From Candidatus Omnitrophota bacterium (GTDB lineage: Bacteria > Omnitrophota > Gorgyraeia > Tantalellales > Tantalellaceae): a stretch of 64,000 nt of DNA. The stretch covers positions 11,229 to 75,228 of the forward strand of contig JBARQV010000033.1 in NCBI GenBank assembly GCA_049643885.1. Reading direction: 5' to 3'. The position numbers and the translations under genes are program-made. Of the stretch, positions 18,001-26,406 are shown piece by piece (position 1 is the stretch's first letter; each line of letters starts with the position of its first letter). The notes under the pieces were generated by a model. The model saw nothing but the letters and a program-made list of their open reading frames with translations, searched no databases and had not been told where the DNA came from.

Positions 18001-19431
18001 GCAATGGCTCCTGACCACGGGGCGATAATGAGAGGGCTCAGGCCGGAGGACGTGGAAGAAGCCATAACCGGTGATGTCGACAAGAGCACGTTGTCCGAAG
18101 AGTTCAAGGCGATCGAAGAAATGCTTGACGATAGCTCATTAGAAAGGAACAGGACACTTCGCGAGCTGGCAGATAAACTGGAGATCCCATGGGATCTTAT
18201 GCTTTCAAGGATCAAAAAAGCCAGGGACGACCTTCTGAAAGGAAATAAAGCATTGAAGGAGTTTCCCGCCATTGTCCGCGGTCTCGATGAATATGCTCTT
18301 GGCATGGCCACGGAAGACAAAATAACTTACAGCACAGAGATCCTCGCGATGTTACCCGCGCCCTTGAGAGCCGAATATGTCCTGCACGAAGCGATCTGTT
18401 ATTATTTCCCGGGATTGGAGGGGCACCAGACCGCCAGGCAGATACAGATGGTCCTGTTCCCGCGGAATTACGGGAACCTGACGCCTGAAGAAAGAGAAGA
18501 ACTTGAGGGGACAGAGGCGCTGACAGGTGACTTAACGTTGTTTTTAAGCGCATTTATCGATGTAACGGCCCCGCCGCTTGAAGGCCCGCCGGCTGAAAGA
18601 AAAGCGCAGGAGATCTACGCCCAGGCCAGGATGCTGGCCCCGGCGCTTGCCGATGCCGTAAGGCGGGGCGCGCCGACGTATGACATAGGGCCGTCATTTT
18701 TCAGGGACATGGCCCGGGACGAGCAATGCAATAAGGAAGTAGCGAGGATACTCGGCAAAAAAGGCCACAATATTTACGCCAGGCATTGCGCGTTCGACCC
18801 CACGAAAGATACTGCCGCGAAATGGTTCGAAAATATGGTCGAAGACAGGCCCGGGGGAGTCCTTTACGACATGCTGGAGACTTTCAGCCGGGACGCCTCA
18901 GTAGACCCAAGGACCAGGATGACTATCAGGCTTATAAGAGGGCCGGATGAAGCAGGGAACAAGGCAAGAAGAAAAGATATGGAAGGTTTTATTTTAAGGA
19001 ACCTTAAGCTCATGAATCCCGATCTGGCAGAGAGACTGGAGACGATGAGCGAGGCCGAAAGAAATGAGTGGTTCAACAAACATGTGAAGGTATTGGACGT
19101 GGATGTCGGGAATATTGAACACGTCAACCCTGTGCTGGATCTTATTACGGACATCGGCGTCATGGAGCTTGACCGCTACGCGAAGCACGATTACGAAGGT
19201 AAAGCTCCGCGGGACCTTGAGGAGAACCTTGTCAGACTATTGAACCTTTCGATAGGGAGTTTTGTGAATATCGATACGAAACAGGCGCTTAAAAAGGTCT
19301 CCCGTAAAGATCTATACAGGGTTTTAGCAGCCCTTTTTACGGGAAATATGTACATTATGGTAAGGAAGATCGACTGGGGCAGCATAAGGGAGAAGATCAG
19401 GGCCCAGAATGCTGTCCTTAAATCGTTGTAA
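9061..19431 (+). CDS. Giant multidomain protein (3456 aa): N-terminal signal/anchor + conserved 'QDAHCN' module, two polytopic TM modules, GlnE/GlnD-like nucleotidyltransferase, Hanks-type Ser/Thr kinase, second atypical kinase-like fold, GNAT acetyltransferase-like segment, conserved C-terminal domain
   Basis: ATG at 9061 preceded by GAGGT 6 nt upstream; 14 nt after stop of upstream ORF; 10.4 kb uninterrupted ORF; multiple recognisable catalytic motifs in-frame. Confidence 0.9.
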   Translation: MNWLKRVHRDQEIKKLFSFQRRSLALKACSVITSVAFFFNILSYDIALSGPLQKKQPATEGQAWAIRVPPESSHVGSGVNSGPGTPQKLTIKGFTLPEYLGVVTDRFSPPAKEPDKIVVLIQDAHCNYAAQKKIAEIVRHFNKLYRVRVVNMEGGKGDYNLSIFLDIGDKKVREEVSDYFVKEGQISGAEYFAINDPFRAYLWGVETSELYLENLKVYRESLGYRGEVEYFLDSLTYILNNLKRHIYSKELLDFDNEYSRYKAGDIKFKDYVNYLLSVAKEKKVYIKNLLHLYLLYHSIAWEGEIDFKRADHERDILISRLEGVLSGKEMDELINKTVEFRNKRLSQTEFYGYLLKKAEEVKLDLADFPEFKKYLGYIFLYHVVDRAKVMEEIGILENAIKGSLYENDKQKELDLLSKHLTLTKNFFDATLTRSDYEYYEQNKLAFETQNYISFIEKEAPKYKITAQLPSDIQNLDFRMAEMDKFYEYSFKRDLAFLDNIKFNATESPTSNIQQPTSILITGGFHAENLCKLFKENDIAYICIMPNFTSEEGYVCPYFDLLAGERPQVEMMISDIMGYSLAIASILSQLGPDVYDENARRIFGLHVQWKRAVAEGKGGLAIMAEDGRFLGAVNARGEIVPEDRSKGFEVARVPAVVPAIAPATPELVDLFGNWFDLNLELDYFSGEFERGEAKGLAAIQEGVQAERGMYPKEEIEGGDFYFDLEAFSYFSRGLIDKATLAEVMRPYSDKLPGQINVIVVDKGPKAVARYGNTIAINRAVFELTRGVSPVIRNLITMKLLDTALRASSETGIREGEDLGISLADLRRVGSREKPDRIMEVIRQVFSPESKLASDEQEENLILAYDYDQKYIAQGSFNEEILKQAIKRGFTTVIVRFLEGDVIGGQVEVIFANKSDVLVERIDMLPENMDVLFSAVGENMEPGSVWRFTRRFLTYDIKRRAFLAKERPRIMTYELERKLEVYRERIGDRELEGRNFGYEYKIERDEASPLGRKVRIDLTENPPEGFESARPVIKAKKYTYEDIYEYFNFYHKYWMPKEGHGDWELSRFLREIVASDLTPEEKREKILGFFEELTQGQMYMDGKGVPAPDKDPLELINGEIRGTPGRLPFEERLLAMLKSPPEVPPVTRLAPGKGVLDIVARGVFKVTDPFMAREDAEDLVVPVVEEGIMFLALAPYLWGGAPSLVVLFGAVLYFLLRAGFIAAHALQDRAPPGRRRTIFERIIIPALISVPAFSLPVLALLGASPIALGIVAGAVTLLHMAANRYVTFAGSKLQKAVLGRKVERYIGETGTDVERFKVDIGDDRESLQKFMKKVKSVFMTEREVASLQNVLAHGEDSLEKMGRVGKLWQAVRYGNVRQKKADFLRGFLEEINSTGTFSVGRTETLEPRSVTRTKSDMEMIEEQRKVYVEGVEEIFKRVESGQEYDTGELAGLFDRIILNVLTQFGIKDDVMVVGLGSYGRGVVPIGSDCDAVFIVRGAFPGLVKKDIQERVVWILEQIGLDVDPGALLPGDLKDWPTMDQLRAAFDEGVESGELVGINMLFLADNRLVSDADEKSIPEFGEYCRMRDEIITGKHPAFIAHLVLEIANFLRITGGTTPEAAGPSAGLIDIYYRYGDDKERIMQEIGKKIKSLYTVEDGELRLSPLGESEILRDIRQFNVKQDSGGMRSLDFVLWTGRVLSGVNDPDPYKIIEQLSAEYATGEEKEILRETMDYFIKLRSVINYISSLEKAEGTPEFIEHDTIDFNDISSIEQIVKVMEPQNELVRKIMSLEGQEQDIESELRKLSTIDTEDVEEKRRLSGERRSVRGELLKSRKELAGEFRGKVNSMRGKIAAIGLKALDKYLVSFIREGKIRDEDALYVMVPIGQRALLDLKRELKHRGEYRKDLARVMRERYRASRADLGKGVLGFIAAGVYKFTDTVMDLFGREKTPGYRAFVEDYFIPVIEEGAMFLVLRSWGTLPYFLIRPGFILAHAFQDRAPPGRRRTIFERIIIPALISVPAFSLPILALLGASPVVLGVVVGAVTLLHMAANRFVTLTGSRLQKAVLGKKFVQPPVRKARIISIRGEKVSDTYPVVPVTVREEAEPVPGVEFIATEEILDELMTDYPERILRDRGMDAEQYSRLAETAVVTNKKPIKVDPSGREWIGERYIIGRTPSGEDIELGRGGVAVVYYGLDTQSGDEIVLKVPEEERAVPGKEKLPFELKKMSLLREAAFIEYVKEQEKQGRVDLEGGVVDLRDAGVYRGAYLDDKGRPTGKEYTNYYIAMGYVHGLTLGDLLNQRGPLAEDEARALFERVYDTTRKLHKIGVIHMDIKSDNIFIPLVNGKLEFGKAVLGDFGFSIKVDNVDGQYVHDFTYGTEGYVPPEGGVGVFSGRNDMYALGMTLYEMMTGTVIEDGVKAEFTPDMESALPADLVAVVRLLTQENWEESSVLAEGVTGILERGKVAIADDVVLEDFEGFELEDMVLKLMKPGQKYSREEFKAEVEKLKLFLTRAIGVNLRQMAGDISEAKFGAGKRDGFKRFIVKKIRHAGRGDYKHALRVEADTDQGRQVFAVKFLKPKRPEYTFEGFKKMIKTEYENSRRLSETGLAADYYGEPYYVGERFDEKFSKGLEEHGILGLLVGEYVEGTPVSEIYERDERKEAYRGLVKATVRLWLETYDPETQAGLVLYDLAGRNYVLEDGTGRIKTIDPAFLDPFNVDYLRDMISALLIAELAMEKEGIRFDAMPGGADEMYFLSAIPEEINDYLREKGDSLDERKKRAVMELRGAEALRDIQVAVEEKIDLQKAIADASGRGDVIRMAELSDGKELEIHDAKALVRDDEEMFKELLAAVQKVVASSFGPSKAYGLAAELRIKQILQENEVMIAVVGNEVIGFLAYQFKPGEARSILDWFAVMQEHQGKGIGSRMMDEFMEVSLKARETGIEKAWWHSWDEKSDDFYIGYFRKKGIKPEQVGRNFTLGLDAVGAAMAPDHGAIMRGLRPEDVEEAITGDVDKSTLSEEFKAIEEMLDDSSLERNRTLRELADKLEIPWDLMLSRIKKARDDLLKGNKALKEFPAIVRGLDEYALGMATEDKITYSTEILAMLPAPLRAEYVLHEAICYYFPGLEGHQTARQIQMVLFPRNYGNLTPEEREELEGTEALTGDLTLFLSAFIDVTAPPLEGPPAERKAQEIYAQARMLAPALADAVRRGAPTYDIGPSFFRDMARDEQCNKEVARILGKKGHNIYARHCAFDPTKDTAAKWFENMVEDRPGGVLYDMLETFSRDASVDPRTRMTIRLIRGPDEAGNKARRKDMEGFILRNLKLMNPDLAERLETMSEAERNEWFNKHVKVLDVDVGNIEHVNPVLDLITDIGVMELDRYAKHDYEGKAPRDLEENLVRLLNLSIGSFVNIDTKQALKKVSRKDLYRVLAALFTGNMYIMVRKIDWGSIREKIRAQNAVLKSL
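13390..14290 (+). other. GlnE/GlnD-type nucleotidyltransferase domain inside ORF 9061-19431
   Basis: VVGLGSYGRGVVPIGSDCDAVFIV matches hG[GS]...[DE]h[DE]h nucleotidyltransferase motif with downstream helical domain typical of GlnE/GlnD-like enzymes. Confidence 0.55.
15550..16300 (+). other. Hanks-type Ser/Thr protein kinase domain inside ORF 9061-19431
   Basis: GRGGVAVVYYG (Gly loop), IVLKV (VAIK), HMDIKSDNIF (catalytic loop), GDFGFS (DFG), GYVPPE (APE), DMYALGMTLYEMMTG. Confidence 0.75.
17600..17900 (+). other. GNAT acetyltransferase-like segment inside ORF 9061-19431
   Basis: IGFLAYQF...FAVMQEHQGKGIGSRMMDEF resembles GNAT motif A (Q/R-x-x-G-x-G/A) with preceding beta-strands. Confidence 0.5.
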
Positions 19432-19446
19432 TATAAGAGGTGTGTG

Positions 19447-22400
19447 ATGTTCAGGTTAAGATTTTTAGGACATGATCTTATTAATAAGGCGATAAGCCTC
19501 ATGCTTGTATTTGCCTTTTTCTCCGCCTTTGTCGTTAAGGACACATGGCCGGTAGAGGACATCGGCGGATTCAGACTGGAGGAAGTTGTGACGGGCGAGC
19601 TTGCGCCGATCGACGCGGATACTTTCACCATACCCGATTACCTGGCGAGCGTGCGGGATTCATACAAGGGTTCTTCGAACAAGGTCATCGTACACATCCA
19701 GGACGCCCACTGTAATTACGGCGCGCAGAAAAGGGTATCGGAAATAATAAATTACCTCAAGCAGCAATACCGGATAAGTGAAGTCAACCTCGAAGGCGGC
19801 AGGGGCGATTACGATCTTACGGTCTTCACGCGTATCCCCGAGAAAGACGTGAGGGAGAAAGTCGCCGATCTTTTCGTCCGGGAGGGAGCATTAAGCGGCT
19901 CGGAATATTTCGCCGTAAATAATCCCGGTGAAGTGTCGCTGTGGGGCGTGGAGGATGCCAGGCTGTATATGGATAACCTCAAAGCGTACAGGGACTCACT
20001 CTCATATAAAGGCGAAGTCGATTCTTGCCTGAAGACCCTTTCGCATATTTTGAACAATCTCAAGCAGAAGATCTATACCGAAGAACTTTTTGATCTTGAC
20101 CTCAAGTATTCACAATACAAAGCAGGAAATATCGGCTTCAAGGATTATCTTGTATATCTCCTGGCCAAGGCTAAGAATAACGCCGTAGATATCAAAAGAT
20201 ATCCTAATGTCTATCTCCTTGAACAGTCCCTCCAGCAGGAAGAAGCGGTGGATTTCAAAGAGGCTACTTTCCAGAGAGACGAACTTGTGAAGCGGCTGGA
20301 AAAGATGCTGCCAAAGCGGGCGCTGGAAGAGCTGGTAATGAAGACAGTCGAATTCAGGGCCAAAAGACTTTCCCAGTATGAATATTACGAACATATTTTA
20401 AAGAACGCGAATATAGTGAATATAGACATGGAGGATTATCCCCGCCTCAGAGAATATATCGTCTATATCTCCCTTTACCACGCGATCGATAAGCTCGCGG
20501 TGATGGCCGAGATCACTTCTCTTGAAGACACCATAAAGGGTATCCTTTTCCAGGACGATATCCAGAAGGAGCTGAGTGTCCTCTCCAAAAACCTGGTATT
20601 GACCAAAAATATCTTCGACATAGAACTGACCAAAGAGGATTACAGGTATTACAGGGAGAACAGGTCTTCCTTCAGAGCGCGTAATTTCACCGCGTTCATC
20701 GACCGGGAGGCGCCTAAATACAAAATAGACGCCAGGCCCGATAAAGGGATCGAACGGCTCGACGATCACCGGGAAAGTATCGAGAAGTTCTTTGCGGTCT
20801 CCTTCGACAGGGACCTTGCCTTCATGAAAAATATCCGGTTCAAGGAACAGGCTGAAGGCATAGAGGCCGCTGTGATAGTTACCGGCGGTTTCCACACCGA
20901 GAACCTGTCTGAATTATTCAGGAAAGAAGGGATATCGTATATTTCCATTATCCCGAACTTCACTAACGAAAAGGGTTACGAGTGCCCATATTTCAAGATC
21001 CTGGCGGGCGGAGAGACGGATATCGAAAAAACGGTCGATTCTGCATTCTCCGCGTTACAGGTCCCAAGCATGCTTACCGAACTCGGCATCGAGGCAGGCG
21101 GCGAAAGGGAAGTGAACAGGTTCAAGTTATCCGCGAGGATCGCCGAGGCGATGATAAGAGGGAATTCTTTTATCATCAAAACGCCTTTTGAACTGGTGAC
21201 TTTCAGAATGGAAAACGGCAAGGTCGTGTATGACGTGGAAAAGCCCGCGGACCTGGCAAGCGCCAGTTGTGATGTCGTGGTCTCTGATGTCGGGCCGCTA
21301 AATTACCAGGCGCAGGAAGAAGTGGTAGATGAACCCCTAAAAGAGGCATACGATGAAGGCAGGTATAAGAGCGTTTTCGGGGAACCCGGGAAAGATCTGG
21401 ATAAGGTTGTTGATTACATCAGGAATGTCCTGGGCCTTGGAGAAGTCGCTGACCGGCTTGTTGTCTTGCAGAGGGCCGGGAGAGTCAACCTGGTGTGGGG
21501 AAGGCCCGGGGAGCCGCTGGGCAGCTTCAAGGGGCACGCCGGAAGGATGGGTATTCATATAAATAATGACCTTGCGAAGACGCCTGGGCAGATACAGGCT
21601 GTCCTGATACATGAGGCGATGGCGTATTTTTTTCAGCTGGGACATGATTTTAACGAAAACGTGATGATAGCGTACGCAAAAGGATCGGGAGCCAGAGATA
21701 CAGCGGATCTGCGGAGGGCATTAAGCGGCGCGGAAATGCGTCCCGTCGCCGAAAGGACAAGGGAGGAAAGGGAAAGAGTCGGCGAGGATTATGCCGAGCC
21801 TGTCGGGGTAGCCGCGTTCAGCCTTACCGGCTTTCTGCTAAGGGCACAGACGTCCGCCGAGCCTGTCCAGGCGATGATCGCCCAGGCAAGGGACCTTTAT
21901 AACCGCGGTATGGTACAAGATGCGGTTTCATTGGCCGCGGCAGCTGTCAATTTTATCAGGGACCAGTTTGAGGACGTTGACGACCCGGACATATTCGGTG
22001 CCATAAGGGCCTTTAAGGATTTTGAGAAGAATGTTCCGATGCAGGTGCTTCTGGGAGTCCTTGATACGAATTACGACGCCTTCCGGTCTTTGTGGGAGAG
22101 GTTCGATACCGGCCGCGCGCAGGATTATGGCAGGGACGTCCTGAAGACAAGGATAGAGAACGAGGATATGCCGGATTATGTCCGCGTGCGGGCATTGGAA
22201 AATGAAAATTTCATGAAACTTTGCCGCGAAATGTTCGGGGATGCCGTGGCAGCCGAGTATCTTGAGAGTCTTCCAAAATGGGGGGATGCCGCGTATGATG
22301 TGGCAGGGATAAAGGATATTGAAAAAAGCGATATCCCTTCAAAACAGAATGCGATCAGGGCCCAAAGGGAAAAAAGGATATGGGTCAAGGACAAGCGTCA

Positions 22401-25400
22401 GTCGTATGATATGGGTGTGGTCAATGGCGACCCTAAGAACGACAACGGGCTTTTTAGTGGAGAAGCGTTTGAAGAAGCCGTACGGAGAGTATTGGAGGGC
22501 GGTAGGGATGCCCGCTCCAGGTGGGAAAGTCCTGACCCGGAGAACGCCATGCCCAGGCAGTTCGACTTTGACCGGTTCTGGGAGATCTCCGAGATGCCAT
22601 GGGCGGATCTTGTTTATAACGTTTACGTGCTACTGGTCCAGCAAAATGTCATATTTGGCAGGTTCATAGAGGCATCAGATACTGGAAATAAAATAAAATC
22701 CATGCGAAGGACCCTGGAGATGTTCATGGAAGAGGGGATAGCGAATGAAATAATAGGGAGGACCGAAGCGGAAAGAGATGAAATCATTAAGCTGGCAATA
22801 AGGTTCGAAAGCGCGTGGAATCAGGGAAACGCCGCGGAAGGCCGGCAAGTTGTTTTCGACACGGAAGACCTTGTGCACAGAAGGTTCGCCGATATGACGG
22901 AAAGGCTCTATCTTGCTTTTGCGGAGGCGATCGATTATTTAAGAACACAATCCGGACCGGTAGCGCCGGATGAAATATTACGGAGGATAGCCGAGAGCAT
23001 GCATTTGCGCGATCTGTCCGGCATGGGAAGAATAGGAGCGAATGAATTAGGCTGGATATTTGATGAATTTCTCAATGAAGAAATGCTTGAGAAGTTACGT
23101 ACCGCCGGTAAGTGGGAAGATGCTGCCGGAAGGCACGCAGCCGAACTTCAGAACATTTTCATGGCGAAACTTGCGAAATTTTCCGTTTTCGGCATGGAGG
23201 GCATCAAAAAGTCGGAATTCAGGGCAAGACACAAAGGGCCGGGAGGAGCGATAGAGAGATGTTACAACGATTTAACCACGGCATTAAGGACCGGGGCGGT
23301 TTCTTCGATTCCCGATTTTTTTGACAATGAATCCAATATAGAAGATAAATATGGCCTGCGTAAGGGGGAAGCAAGGCTTCTCAGCCACTGGGTGAGCATT
23401 CTTTTAAGGGGAGAGATAGCTAAGGCCGGCGAGATGCCGACGGAACCCGTAAAGAAAGCCATGACCCCGCTTGCACGGTTGGGAGTAGGGGCGTTCACCA
23501 TGGGCGGCATGAACGTTATTTGCGATGAGAAACAATTTCTCGAAGACGCCAAAATGCTCAGGGAACGTCTCAGGGGAAAAGAAAAAGATCCAGATGAAAC
23601 AAGAAAAGTTCTTGCTGATTTTGTCCAGGAAAGATATACAGCAATGCAAGGTGCGGATGCCGCGGGAAGGGCCAGGGAAAGGGCTGTGAGGTTCCTGAAT
23701 GGGATCGATGATGTTTACATGGCTCAGACCGCCCGGTTTATTACAGATCTCGCGGATGAAAAGCCCGATGCGCTCAAGGAACTTCGAAAGCTTACGACTA
23801 AAACAAAACTGAGCGAAAAAGGCTATATGGTGCCGCACGAATGTGTTTTTAAAGTCCCCGTGTTAAGCGCTGAGGAAACGATCTTTAAGTTCGAGATCGA
23901 CAGCTCGGCGAACCTGGATGAGCTGTCCGGAAAGTTGTTCAGGAGGGGTATCGGGGGCAGAGTCGTAGCAATTGATGATGCCAGGGCTTATCTTTCAGAG
24001 CTGAATGCCAGGCAAGGAGGGAAGTATGTGGTTATTAGGAGATTCGGGGAGGTGAGAGCATTGGCTGGCGGAGGAGAAGCGACTTTTATGTCTCTGGTAT
24101 TCCCGAACGGAGAAATACTTGAGGTGCCGGCGTTGCTTTATACTGATCTTGATACCGGTAAGAAAACCCCTCTCAGCGGGGCATTTAAAAAAGCCGACAG
24201 AAACGAAAGACTAAAAGGAACCCTCGAGGGCATAAAGGCACTTCTCGGCGGCCGCATTATAGATACGGACGTAATAGAAGGCCTTTCGTCCGCGTTGGAC
24301 GGCAAGAATGTTTTTATAGTCAGGCAGGAAAGATGGGATACGTCTCAAATGAAAGACGGACAGGAAGTATTCCGCGAGGCAGCGAAGGGAACAAGGCCCC
24401 GTGATGTGCTGGACAGCGCCGAAGCGAACATAAATGACTTGATGAAAATGAAAATGCAGATTGCCTCCTTGAGGGCTACCGCTCTTGGGGTTACCGCCGA
24501 AGGGACCAGGTTCTATGACGCCCGGTCTTTGCTTGATGTGGACGGGGAACTAAGGCCCATTCTTGCGCTGGAGATGTACAGGGTAGCAGCCGCGGCCGCT
24601 GACCCGAACTATGATCCGAATGAAGAAGTAACTGAGCTTATGCTGAAAGATTTCATGGAAGCTATTGGCAAGAACCAGGCCATTGTAGCCTTCAAAGATG
24701 GAAAACTTACCGGGGTTTTGACCTTTTCCGAAAGAGGCATAGCGGTGGAAGTGGTCAGGTTCGGGGTCTCGCCTCAGGCGGGTGATGACTCAGTTATAAG
24801 TAATATCAGAACTTTGCTTATGGACCAGGCGATGGATCTTCTTCTGAGGAGGAGCGTGGATGTGGTGCAATCCGTTATGTTGACGCCGACTTTAGCGAAT
24901 CTGGAATTTTACCAGGATTATTTTCAAAACAGGATCGGGCAGGGAGATCTGAGAGATATGGAATCAGAGGTGCGGGAAAGGCAATATGTTGTTCGCTTGA
25001 GGCCGCAGGTTACCGGTGAGGGGCTGATAGCCGGCGGGGTTTACAGGAGGAACAGGGCGAAGGCGCGCGAAAAGGTAGAAGAGCTTAGAACTGAACCGGG
25101 CGCGGCGGCCGTGAAACCGGTAACCGACAGGTGCGCGTCTCTTTTAAAGGATAAATGGGCTGCTGTCGAAGCGGCCCTGAAGAGAAGGGGTGTTCCCCAG
25201 GACCAGATCGACAGGGCCAGGCAGGCTTTAGAGAGCCCGATGACCATGTTTGGATTTTTTAATGCCTTGGTAGAAAATGCGGATGACTATATTCTGGGAC
25301 AGGACAACGCTCTCGCGGTAAATATCGTTGAGTTTCTTGCCGGAAAAGGGGATCTTCTGGATGAATACATACTGCATGAAGCGCTGGAAAGGATCGACGA

Positions 25401-26406
25401 TAAATTCCTGGATCATGAAGAAGCTATAGAAATTACCAGCGGTGTATTCGCCGGGCGCCCGCGGTTCGTCAAGGGCGGGGCAGTGAGGCCGGGAGAGACT
25501 CCACTGGGCAAGGCGTTACGGGATTTCATAAATACCGAAGCAGGGGAAAAAGAAGCGGTCAGCCGTGTCCAGGAAGCGATAAGCCAGGATGTCAGGGCCG
25601 AGGCAGAGGTGCCGAACCCGAAAAAAAGAGTGGCCTCTGTTTTCAAGGGACACAAAGGAACGCGTTTCAAGGAATTGAGCGGCGTCTATAAGGACAAGAG
25701 CGAGGCCGGGACAAAGGCGATGGGCAAGACCAGGAGCAGCTATGAGGTCAATGTGTCTGAAGAAGGTTTTACCGACGCGGAAACCATCGCTAACATGGGG
25801 GAAACAGGGGCCCGGGCTTTTGCGATGATGCGGGGAGAAGACAACCGGCTTTCGGATGAAGATAAAGGGGGTCATATTACGCTGTTTCAGCCGACAAAAG
25901 ACTCGAGCGGACGGGATCTTGACCGGGGGCCGACGCAGAACGCGATCTGGGAAAGCTTCAAGGAAGAAGCAGCTCGGAGAAGAGTGGCCGTGAACGATGA
26001 CAGCATAATCAGCCGGACGGACAGCGTGATCACCATCCGGACTGAAGACGGATCGGTTTACAATCTCATTTTCTTTTCGGATGATTATACCGATTTCAGC
26101 ACGGAAGAAGGAAAAGAGGCGTATCCAGACCCGGTCAAAAGGCAGGGCATATCCAGGACCTGCGCGTTTTTTGAGGAATCTAAAACAGCCGAAAGTGTTG
26201 ATTCAATGAGATACGCGATGGGCCAGGTAAAAAGGTACTTGACCGCTATCGGTTCTTCGGATCTTCTGGACAAGATCAGCGATATTAAAGATCCCGCAAA
26301 ATACTTTGACGCGTTATACAAAGCAGGCTTAAAGATCGAGCCAATAAACTTTGCCAGTATAAAAGAGTATATTGAGATGTTCGAAAAAGTCGCTGTATCG
26401 CTGTAA
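19447..26406 (+). CDS. Giant protein (about 2319 aa) with N-terminal signal/anchor + conserved 'QDAHCN' module, second conserved module shared with ORF at 29485 (GH...HE...H motif), long largely helical C-terminal region
   Basis: ATG 19447 (alternative GTG 19444) with AGAGG RBS 6 nt upstream; only 12-15 nt after upstream stop; 7 kb uninterrupted ORF; N-terminal module paralogous to ORFs at 9061/29485/36881. Confidence 0.9.
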   Translation: MFRLRFLGHDLINKAISLMLVFAFFSAFVVKDTWPVEDIGGFRLEEVVTGELAPIDADTFTIPDYLASVRDSYKGSSNKVIVHIQDAHCNYGAQKRVSEIINYLKQQYRISEVNLEGGRGDYDLTVFTRIPEKDVREKVADLFVREGALSGSEYFAVNNPGEVSLWGVEDARLYMDNLKAYRDSLSYKGEVDSCLKTLSHILNNLKQKIYTEELFDLDLKYSQYKAGNIGFKDYLVYLLAKAKNNAVDIKRYPNVYLLEQSLQQEEAVDFKEATFQRDELVKRLEKMLPKRALEELVMKTVEFRAKRLSQYEYYEHILKNANIVNIDMEDYPRLREYIVYISLYHAIDKLAVMAEITSLEDTIKGILFQDDIQKELSVLSKNLVLTKNIFDIELTKEDYRYYRENRSSFRARNFTAFIDREAPKYKIDARPDKGIERLDDHRESIEKFFAVSFDRDLAFMKNIRFKEQAEGIEAAVIVTGGFHTENLSELFRKEGISYISIIPNFTNEKGYECPYFKILAGGETDIEKTVDSAFSALQVPSMLTELGIEAGGEREVNRFKLSARIAEAMIRGNSFIIKTPFELVTFRMENGKVVYDVEKPADLASASCDVVVSDVGPLNYQAQEEVVDEPLKEAYDEGRYKSVFGEPGKDLDKVVDYIRNVLGLGEVADRLVVLQRAGRVNLVWGRPGEPLGSFKGHAGRMGIHINNDLAKTPGQIQAVLIHEAMAYFFQLGHDFNENVMIAYAKGSGARDTADLRRALSGAEMRPVAERTREERERVGEDYAEPVGVAAFSLTGFLLRAQTSAEPVQAMIAQARDLYNRGMVQDAVSLAAAAVNFIRDQFEDVDDPDIFGAIRAFKDFEKNVPMQVLLGVLDTNYDAFRSLWERFDTGRAQDYGRDVLKTRIENEDMPDYVRVRALENENFMKLCREMFGDAVAAEYLESLPKWGDAAYDVAGIKDIEKSDIPSKQNAIRAQREKRIWVKDKRQSYDMGVVNGDPKNDNGLFSGEAFEEAVRRVLEGGRDARSRWESPDPENAMPRQFDFDRFWEISEMPWADLVYNVYVLLVQQNVIFGRFIEASDTGNKIKSMRRTLEMFMEEGIANEIIGRTEAERDEIIKLAIRFESAWNQGNAAEGRQVVFDTEDLVHRRFADMTERLYLAFAEAIDYLRTQSGPVAPDEILRRIAESMHLRDLSGMGRIGANELGWIFDEFLNEEMLEKLRTAGKWEDAAGRHAAELQNIFMAKLAKFSVFGMEGIKKSEFRARHKGPGGAIERCYNDLTTALRTGAVSSIPDFFDNESNIEDKYGLRKGEARLLSHWVSILLRGEIAKAGEMPTEPVKKAMTPLARLGVGAFTMGGMNVICDEKQFLEDAKMLRERLRGKEKDPDETRKVLADFVQERYTAMQGADAAGRARERAVRFLNGIDDVYMAQTARFITDLADEKPDALKELRKLTTKTKLSEKGYMVPHECVFKVPVLSAEETIFKFEIDSSANLDELSGKLFRRGIGGRVVAIDDARAYLSELNARQGGKYVVIRRFGEVRALAGGGEATFMSLVFPNGEILEVPALLYTDLDTGKKTPLSGAFKKADRNERLKGTLEGIKALLGGRIIDTDVIEGLSSALDGKNVFIVRQERWDTSQMKDGQEVFREAAKGTRPRDVLDSAEANINDLMKMKMQIASLRATALGVTAEGTRFYDARSLLDVDGELRPILALEMYRVAAAAADPNYDPNEEVTELMLKDFMEAIGKNQAIVAFKDGKLTGVLTFSERGIAVEVVRFGVSPQAGDDSVISNIRTLLMDQAMDLLLRRSVDVVQSVMLTPTLANLEFYQDYFQNRIGQGDLRDMESEVRERQYVVRLRPQVTGEGLIAGGVYRRNRAKAREKVEELRTEPGAAAVKPVTDRCASLLKDKWAAVEAALKRRGVPQDQIDRARQALESPMTMFGFFNALVENADDYILGQDNALAVNIVEFLAGKGDLLDEYILHEALERIDDKFLDHEEAIEITSGVFAGRPRFVKGGAVRPGETPLGKALRDFINTEAGEKEAVSRVQEAISQDVRAEAEVPNPKKRVASVFKGHKGTRFKELSGVYKDKSEAGTKAMGKTRSSYEVNVSEEGFTDAETIANMGETGARAFAMMRGEDNRLSDEDKGGHITLFQPTKDSSGRDLDRGPTQNAIWESFKEEAARRRVAVNDDSIISRTDSVITIRTEDGSVYNLIFFSDDYTDFSTEEGKEAYPDPVKRQGISRTCAFFEESKTAESVDSMRYAMGQVKRYLTAIGSSDLLDKISDIKDPAKYFDALYKAGLKIEPINFASIKEYIEMFEKVAVSL

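Noticed and set aside
8-26406. ORF1, ORF2 and ORF3 being one gene broken by frameshift or sequencing errors
   Set aside because: ORF1 and ORF2 are in different frames, but ORF2 begins with its own RBS, Met, signal peptide and a full copy of the N-terminal module. ORF3 likewise restarts with RBS, signal peptide and the module. These are genuine separate cistrons, although ORF2/ORF3 share a frame (noted as a finding).
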